From NCBI GenBank assembly GCA_037445555.1, contig JBBIKG010000009.1:8894-72893 (forward strand): 64,000 nt of DNA, written 5' to 3'. Every line of letters starts with the position of its first letter. The first letter of the stretch is position 1. Both the position numbers and the translations under genes were made by a program. Origin of the DNA: Lentimicrobiaceae bacterium. Its GTDB lineage: Bacteria; Bacteroidota; Bacteroidia; Bacteroidales; JAAYJT01. Positions 59,124 through 64,000 of this stretch are shown piece by piece. The notes under the pieces were generated by a model that saw nothing but the letters and a program-made list of their open reading frames with translations, was not told the DNA's origin and did not search any database.

Positions 59124-60305
59124 TTATATTTGTTTGATTATCATGGATATACCTTGTCCGCCACCTATACAGAGGGTGGCCAGGCCGGTTTTTGCATGCC
59201 GGCGTTTCATTTCATAGAGCAAGGTAGTCAGGATGCGCGCCCCTGAGGCTCCGATAGGATGTCCGAGGGCTATGGCACCACCGTTTACGTTCACAATATC
59301 AGGGTTGATACCGAGGTCTTTTACCACAGCTATTGATTGCGCTGCAAACGCCTCATTAGCTTCAATCAGGTCGAGGTCCTCGATGGTTATTCCGGTTTTC
59401 TTCAACACTTTTCGTGTGGCAGGTACCGGGCCATAGCCCATGATGGCGTGGTTGAGACCCACATAGGCGCCGCCTGCAAATACTGCCATAGGCTCGATGC
59501 CAAGTTGCACGGCCTTCTCCCTGCTCATCACTACCACCATGCTGGCACCATCGTTGATTCCTGAAGCATTGCCTGCAGTCACAGTTCCGTCTTTTTTAAA
59601 AGCGGGTTTAAGTGCTGCCAGCTTGTCAAGGGTGAGTCCGTGACGCGGAAATTCATCGGCGTCCACAACCAAAGGCTCTCCCTTTCGCTGGGGGATCATC
59701 ACAGGTACAATTTCATCTTTGAATTTGCCTTCTTTCTGGGCTTTTTCGGTTTTGTGCTGACTATTCAGGGCAAATTCATCCTGCTCGATCCTTGAAATTC
59801 TCCACCTCTCGGCAATATTTTCGGCTGTGATGCCCATATGTACATTGTCGAAAACATCGGTAAGCCCGTCATAGATCATGCTGTCAATCAGGGTGGCATC
59901 TCCCATTCGATATCCCTGTCTGGCTTTTGTAAGCAGGTAGGGTGAGTTGCTCATGCTTTCGGTACCTCCTGCCAGCATAATTTCTGCCTCACCAAGCTGA
60001 ATGAGGTTAGCCGCCATCAGCACCGAACGCAGGCCCGATCCGCAAAGCTGGTTTATAGTGGTGGCAGGAACTTCTTCAGGGATGCCTGAATATACTGCAA
60101 CCTGCCTGGCAATATTTTGCCCGAGACCCGCAGAAAGGATATTGCCTATGATCACTTCATCAATCTGACCGGGGGCAATAGTTGCCCTGCGCATAGCTTC
60201 TGTTGCAGCAATTTTTCCAAGATCAACGGCACTGAGTGACGCTAATGAGCCGCCAAAGTTGCCGATAGCTGTCCTTACCGCCGATGCAATTACAACCTCT
60301 TTCAT
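59124..60305 (-). CDS. acetyl-CoA C-acetyltransferase (thiolase II)
   Basis: [10 protein letters not shown] (acyl Cys), [24 protein letters not shown] and [11 protein letters not shown]. 393 aa. Confidence 0.95.
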   Translation of the reverse strand: MKEVVIASAVRTAIGNFGGSLASLSAVDLGKIAATEAMRRATIAPGQIDEVIIGNILSAGLGQNIARQVAVYSGIPEEVPATTINQLCGSGLRSVLMAANLIQLGEAEIMLAGGTESMSNSPYLLTKARQGYRMGDATLIDSMIYDGLTDVFDNVHMGITAENIAERWRISRIEQDEFALNSQHKTEKAQKEGKFKDEIVPVMIPQRKGEPLVVDADEFPRHGLTLDKLAALKPAFKKDGTVTAGNASGINDGASMVVVMSREKAVQLGIEPMAVFAGGAYVGLNHAIMGYGPVPATRKVLKKTGITIEDLDLIEANEAFAAQSIAVVKDLGINPDIVNVNGGAIALGHPIGASGARILTTLLYEMKRRHAKTGLATLCIGGGQGISMIIKQI

Positions 60306-60545
60306 ATGTTAATAGGTTAGTGAATGTATTGACCGTAGTTTAAAGCTACAAAATAAAGCCAGGCACCCTCCATATCAAATACTCAGCGATTTAATTATCA
60401 GGTCGACATAAAAAGGAAAGAAGTTTAGCTTATGTTCTAAATATCAGAATATAAGTATATTAAATACATAATTGCCTTGTCAGACCGTAATTTAGAACTG
60501 AATCAAGACATACTTTACTAATTTTGTGGCATGTTTGGTAGTACT

Positions 60546-61217
60546 ATGAACCCCATAGCCAATAACCTCAACGCGCTGCGCATTCATGTACCTGAACGCG
60601 TCAAAATTATTGCGGTCTCAAAAACGCACACAGCAGAGGAGATCATGCAGGCATACAGGGCCGGTCAACGGCAATTTGGCGAAAACCGGGTGCAGGAAAT
60701 ATGTGCCAAGCAACCCTTGTTGCCGGCAGATATTGAATGGCATTTTGTAGGGCACCTTCAAACCAACAAGGTTAAATACATCGCTCCTTTTATTTCTATC
60801 ATTCATAGTGTCGACAGCAGCCGGCTATTAAAGGAAATAAACCGCGAGGCGGCAAAAAATACTCGGATTATCAAATGCCTGCTGCAATTTCACATTGCAG
60901 CCGAAGAAACCAAATACGGGTTTGACCTCGATGAAGCGCTTGCATGTATCAGTTCGGATGAGTGTACCCGGATGAACAATGTGGAAATCATTGGTGTTAT
61001 GGGGATGGCTACATTCACAGATGATATGGATCAGGTACGGAGGGAATTCAGAAATTTGAGACATTATTTCGACCGGTTAAAGGCCGACCGTTTTTCGGGA
61101 ATGGACTCCTTTAATGAGATTTCGATGGGAATGAGCGGGGATTATCCTGTCGCCATCGCGGAAGGAAGCACCATGGTCCGAATCGGGACTGCGGTTTTTG
61201 GAGAAAGAAACTTTTGA
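60546..61217 (+). CDS. yggS: YggS-family pyridoxal-phosphate homeostasis protein
   Basis: AVSKTH (PLP Lys), FGENRVQE, GHLQTNK and SMGMSGDY blocks. The track start is 60531. It overlaps the next gene by 4 nt. Confidence 0.9.
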   Translation: MNPIANNLNALRIHVPERVKIIAVSKTHTAEEIMQAYRAGQRQFGENRVQEICAKQPLLPADIEWHFVGHLQTNKVKYIAPFISIIHSVDSSRLLKEINREAAKNTRIIKCLLQFHIAAEETKYGFDLDEALACISSDECTRMNNVEIIGVMGMATFTDDMDQVRREFRNLRHYFDRLKADRFSGMDSFNEISMGMSGDYPVAIAEGSTMVRIGTAVFGERNF

Positions 61218-62191
61218 TAACTTATATCCTGATGATTTACCTTGCCCTAACTCTGGGATTTGTTTTTTTGACGCTAGGCGCGCACTGGCTCGTGGATGGA
61301 GGCAGTTCGCTGGGGAAGCGTTTCAATATTCCGGATATTGTAATCGGCCTGACCATCGTTTCGATCGGCACATCGGCACCCGAACTGGTTGTAAGCCTCA
61401 TCGCCAGCATAAAAGGAAGTACCGACCTGGCAATAACCAATGTGATAGGAAGCAATATTTTCAACACCCTGCTTATCATCGGGCTTGCCGCTGTATTTTA
61501 TCCAATCGCAGTTAATCGCAACACCCTCCGCTGGGAACTCCCCCTGAGTATGCTTGCTTCAGTTCTGCTGATTCTTTTTGCATGGGATATTATTCCCACC
61601 GGTGGCAGGCCGCAGGCCATTGTACGCCTGGATGGAATGATTTTCCTGGTTTTCTTCTGTGCTTTCCTTTATTACAACTATTTTACCGCCCGCAAAACCA
61701 ACAGAACCGACGGAGATGACATAAAAATTATGGGGCCTGTTAAATCCGTATTATTTATCCTCCTTGGTATCGGTTTTCTTTATGCCGGCGGTCGTGCGGT
61801 GGTGTACGGTGCGGTTGAGGTCGCCCGTCAGCTGGGAGTGAGTGAAAAAACCATCGGGCTCACCATTGTGGCTATCGCCACCTCACTGCCCGAAGTCATC
61901 ACCTCAGCGGTGGCTGCCATAAAGAAAAACAGTGACATTGCCATAGGGAATGCCCTTGGATCAAATATTTTCAATATCTGGTTTGTGCTTGGCATCAGCG
62001 CACTGGTACATCCGCTTCCGGTTAATAACAATCTGCTGCCCGATACTGGTGTATCTGTACTTTCGAATGTGCTGATATTCTTTTTGATAGTGGCCAGCCC
62101 CAGGGGAACCCGCTCTATAGGTCGTTTCCAGGGACTGTTCCTGATACTGGTATACCTGGCCTACATGTATTATGTGCTGGCTAACAGGTAA
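61214..62191 (+). CDS. Ca2+/Na+ antiporter, CaCA (YrbG-like) family, copy 2
   Basis: Alpha-repeats GTSAPELVVS...NVIGSN and ATSLPEVITS...NALGSN. It is a protein-level paralogue of 26676-27641. Confidence 0.85.
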   Translation: MITYILMIYLALTLGFVFLTLGAHWLVDGGSSLGKRFNIPDIVIGLTIVSIGTSAPELVVSLIASIKGSTDLAITNVIGSNIFNTLLIIGLAAVFYPIAVNRNTLRWELPLSMLASVLLILFAWDIIPTGGRPQAIVRLDGMIFLVFFCAFLYYNYFTARKTNRTDGDDIKIMGPVKSVLFILLGIGFLYAGGRAVVYGAVEVARQLGVSEKTIGLTIVAIATSLPEVITSAVAAIKKNSDIAIGNALGSNIFNIWFVLGISALVHPLPVNNNLLPDTGVSVLSNVLIFFLIVASPRGTRSIGRFQGLFLILVYLAYMYYVLANR

Positions 62192-62212
62192 ATAATCAGG
62201 CCTGCCGAACTT

Positions 62213-62626
62213 TTACTCCACCACTATTTCGTGCGTGATCACGGCGGCCATGGCAAGCATTGCCGATACTCCGCAATACTTTTCCTTCGAAAGATTTATA
62301 GCCATTTCGAGTTTGTCCAAAGGCAGGTTCTCTCCTTTAAAACGGTAGATCACGTGCAGATTTTTGTACACCTTAGGGTGTTCGTCGGTGAGCTCGCCAT
62401 CCACATCCACACTAAAATGATCGGGCTTTACACGCAGTTTACCCAGGATTGATATCACATCCATGGCAGTGCAGCCTGCGAGCGCCACCATCAACAGTGG
62501 TTTGGGGCGAGGGCCCTGGTTGGATCCCCCTGCAGACTGGTCGGCGTCAATCACCAGGCGGTGTCCATTCACTTCTGTTTCGAACACCATCTGCCCGTTC
62601 CACTGAAGAGCTATTGAATTTTTCAT
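62213..62626 (-). CDS. OsmC-family peroxiredoxin-like protein
   Basis: 137 aa with the two conserved Cys in ALAGCTAMDV and EKYCGVSAML. Confidence 0.85.
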   Translation of the reverse strand: MKNSIALQWNGQMVFETEVNGHRLVIDADQSAGGSNQGPRPKPLLMVALAGCTAMDVISILGKLRVKPDHFSVDVDGELTDEHPKVYKNLHVIYRFKGENLPLDKLEMAINLSKEKYCGVSAMLAMAAVITHEIVVE

Positions 62627-62803
62627 ATCGAGTATTGATTGAGGTTGATTATTCTTTATTTACAATTATGAACAAGCCAGGCGCAGAGTTGTTTGCTGCA
62701 GCCCGCAGTTTGCCTGTCATTTTATCTGCCAACATCCTTTAGCCAGGGTGCATGGCCATATCGGTCAAAATATTACCTTTGCCTGGCAAAAATAATCCAC
62801 ATC

Positions 62804-64000
62804 ATGAAACAATTAGTATTTATCTTATCAACTGCTGTTATGCTTTTAACTGCTGCCTGTTCAACACAGAAAACAGAGCAAAATCCGCTGCTCAGCGAAT
62901 TCAAAACCCTGTTCGGTGTTCCGCCATTCGAACAAATTAAGCCCGAACATTTCACCCCTGCTTTTGAAGAAGGGATGCGCCAGCACAATGCGGAGATCGA
63001 GGCTATTGTAAACAACAGCGAAGCTCCTACCTTCGAAAATACCCTTCTGGCACTTGAGTATTCAGGAAAACTGCTGGGCGATGTCAGCCGTATTTTCTAC
63101 AATACCAACTCAGCGAACACCAGCGACGAAATTCAGGCCGTAGCCCGCGAGGTAGCGCCCAAACTTTCGCAGCACAGCGACAATATCGCCATGAATGCGT
63201 CACTCTATGCCCGGATAAAGGAAGTATACCTGCAAAAAGAATCTCTGGGCCTCGCAGGCGAAAACCTCAGGCTGCTCGAAGAAACCTACAAACAGTTTGT
63301 TCGCAATGGTGCCGACCTTGATTCGGCAAGCCAAGCCCGGCTCAGGGAAATAAACCAGCAGCTTGCCCTGCTCACCCTCAAATTTGGCGAAAACGTACTG
63401 GCCGAAAACAATACATACCAGCTTGTGGTCGATAATCAGGAAGACCTTGCAGGGCTGCCTGCCTCACTTATCGAAGTAGCTGCCAAAACTGCAAAGGACA
63501 AAGGGCAGGAAGGCAAATGGATATTTACCCTGCACAATCCGAGTGTGATGCCTTTCCTCCAGTACAATGCCAGCCGCGATCTCAGAAAGAAACTGCAGCA
63601 AGCCTATGTGATGCGCTGCAACAACAACGATGAGCGTGACAACAAAGATATCATCAAACAGGTCGTTGATCTCCGCATCGAGCGTGCAGCTCTGCTGGGT
63701 TACCCCGATCACGCTTCGTATGTGTTGACCGAAAACATGGCTAAAACTCCTGCGAGGGTGTTTGAACTCCTCGACCGACTGTGGCCTCCAACCATGAAAG
63801 TGGCAAAAACCGATGCTGCCGACCTGCAACGACTTCTTCAGAAAGATCATCCTGGTGCCAGACTCGAAGCCTGGGACTGGCGCTACTATGCCGAAAAGGT
63901 ACGTGCTGAGCGTTACAACCTCGACGAAGAGCAAACCAGGCCCTATTTCAGGCTGGAAAATGTTCGCGATGGCATTTTTGACCTCTGCAACCGGCTATGG
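62804..64000 (+). CDS. dcp: M3-family peptidyl-dipeptidase (Dcp-like), N-terminal part; runs off the right edge
   Basis: Not in the ORF track because no stop is reached. ATG 62804 gives a lipoprotein-type signal (LLTAAC), then NPLL..F...FGVPPFEQIKPEHFTPAFEEGM..H..EI, and an open frame to the window end, with the pattern of Dcp/oligopeptidase A N-terminal domains. The HExxH motif lies beyond the window. Confidence 0.8.
   Translation, partial: MKQLVFILSTAVMLLTAACSTQKTEQNPLLSEFKTLFGVPPFEQIKPEHFTPAFEEGMRQHNAEIEAIVNNSEAPTFENTLLALEYSGKLLGDVSRIFYNTNSANTSDEIQAVAREVAPKLSQHSDNIAMNASLYARIKEVYLQKESLGLAGENLRLLEETYKQFVRNGADLDSASQARLREINQQLALLTLKFGENVLAENNTYQLVVDNQEDLAGLPASLIEVAAKTAKDKGQEGKWIFTLHNPSVMPFLQYNASRDLRKKLQQAYVMRCNNNDERDNKDIIKQVVDLRIERAALLGYPDHASYVLTENMAKTPARVFELLDRLWPPTMKVAKTDAADLQRLLQKDHPGARLEAWDWRYYAEKVRAERYNLDEEQTRPYFRLENVRDGIFDLCNRLW

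Noticed and set aside
60434-60498. A 9-nt inverted repeat, GTTCTAAAT ... ATTTAGAAC, in the divergent thiolase/yggS promoter region, considered as a candidate operator.
   Set aside because: The arms are about 47 nt apart in very AT-rich DNA. A rough estimate gives roughly a 1-in-10 chance of such a match in a 225-nt region. There is no second copy or associated regulator gene.

Overview
This is a gene-dense (about 90% coding) chromosomal segment. Gene content points to an anaerobic member of the Bacteroidota: single-chain PFOR, a T9SS C-terminal sorting-domain remnant, a TonB/FadL/lipoprotein-rich envelope gene set, and a Bacteroidetes-type Crp/Fnr with an N-terminal Cys cluster. I can support about 58 protein-coding genes, 4 tRNAs (Pro-GGG, Met-CAT, Pro-TGG, Ser-GCT), several hairpin terminators and two decayed genes. 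I saw no rRNA, CRISPR array, transposase, integrase or phage genes. Most of the window is housekeeping: nifJ, sppA, folK, trxB, ligA, purKE, corA, yggS, glycosidases, peptidases and transporters. Five things stand out. (1) A minus-strand locus at 49.6-60.3 kb couples thiolase, an SDR, a Na+/solute symporter and a 4-hydroxybutyrate-type CoA-transferase to two adjacent FabH-fold paralogues that lack the canonical His-Asn dyad. A lipoprotein, an unassigned beta-barrel and an exported hydrolase follow it. I cannot map this combination onto an established pathway. (2) An AmgK-type amino-sugar kinase is fused to a RapZ C-terminal domain. It sits in a translationally coupled string with an unannotated 43-codon Cys4 ORF, a 122-aa unknown, MurU and an orphan AddB-type Fe-S nuclease. 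(3) A Crp/Fnr regulator is broken by a 1-nt deficit in an A9 tract, next to a decayed T9SS cargo gene. (4) A 650-bp gene-free gap holds ORF debris and 11-nt repeats. (5) An SPFH / Arc-RHH / GPP34 trio forms a tight block. All functional calls come from motifs read in the supplied translations. No database search was run, so novelty claims are provisional. Hand-indexed coordinates of RNA features may be off by 1-2 nt.
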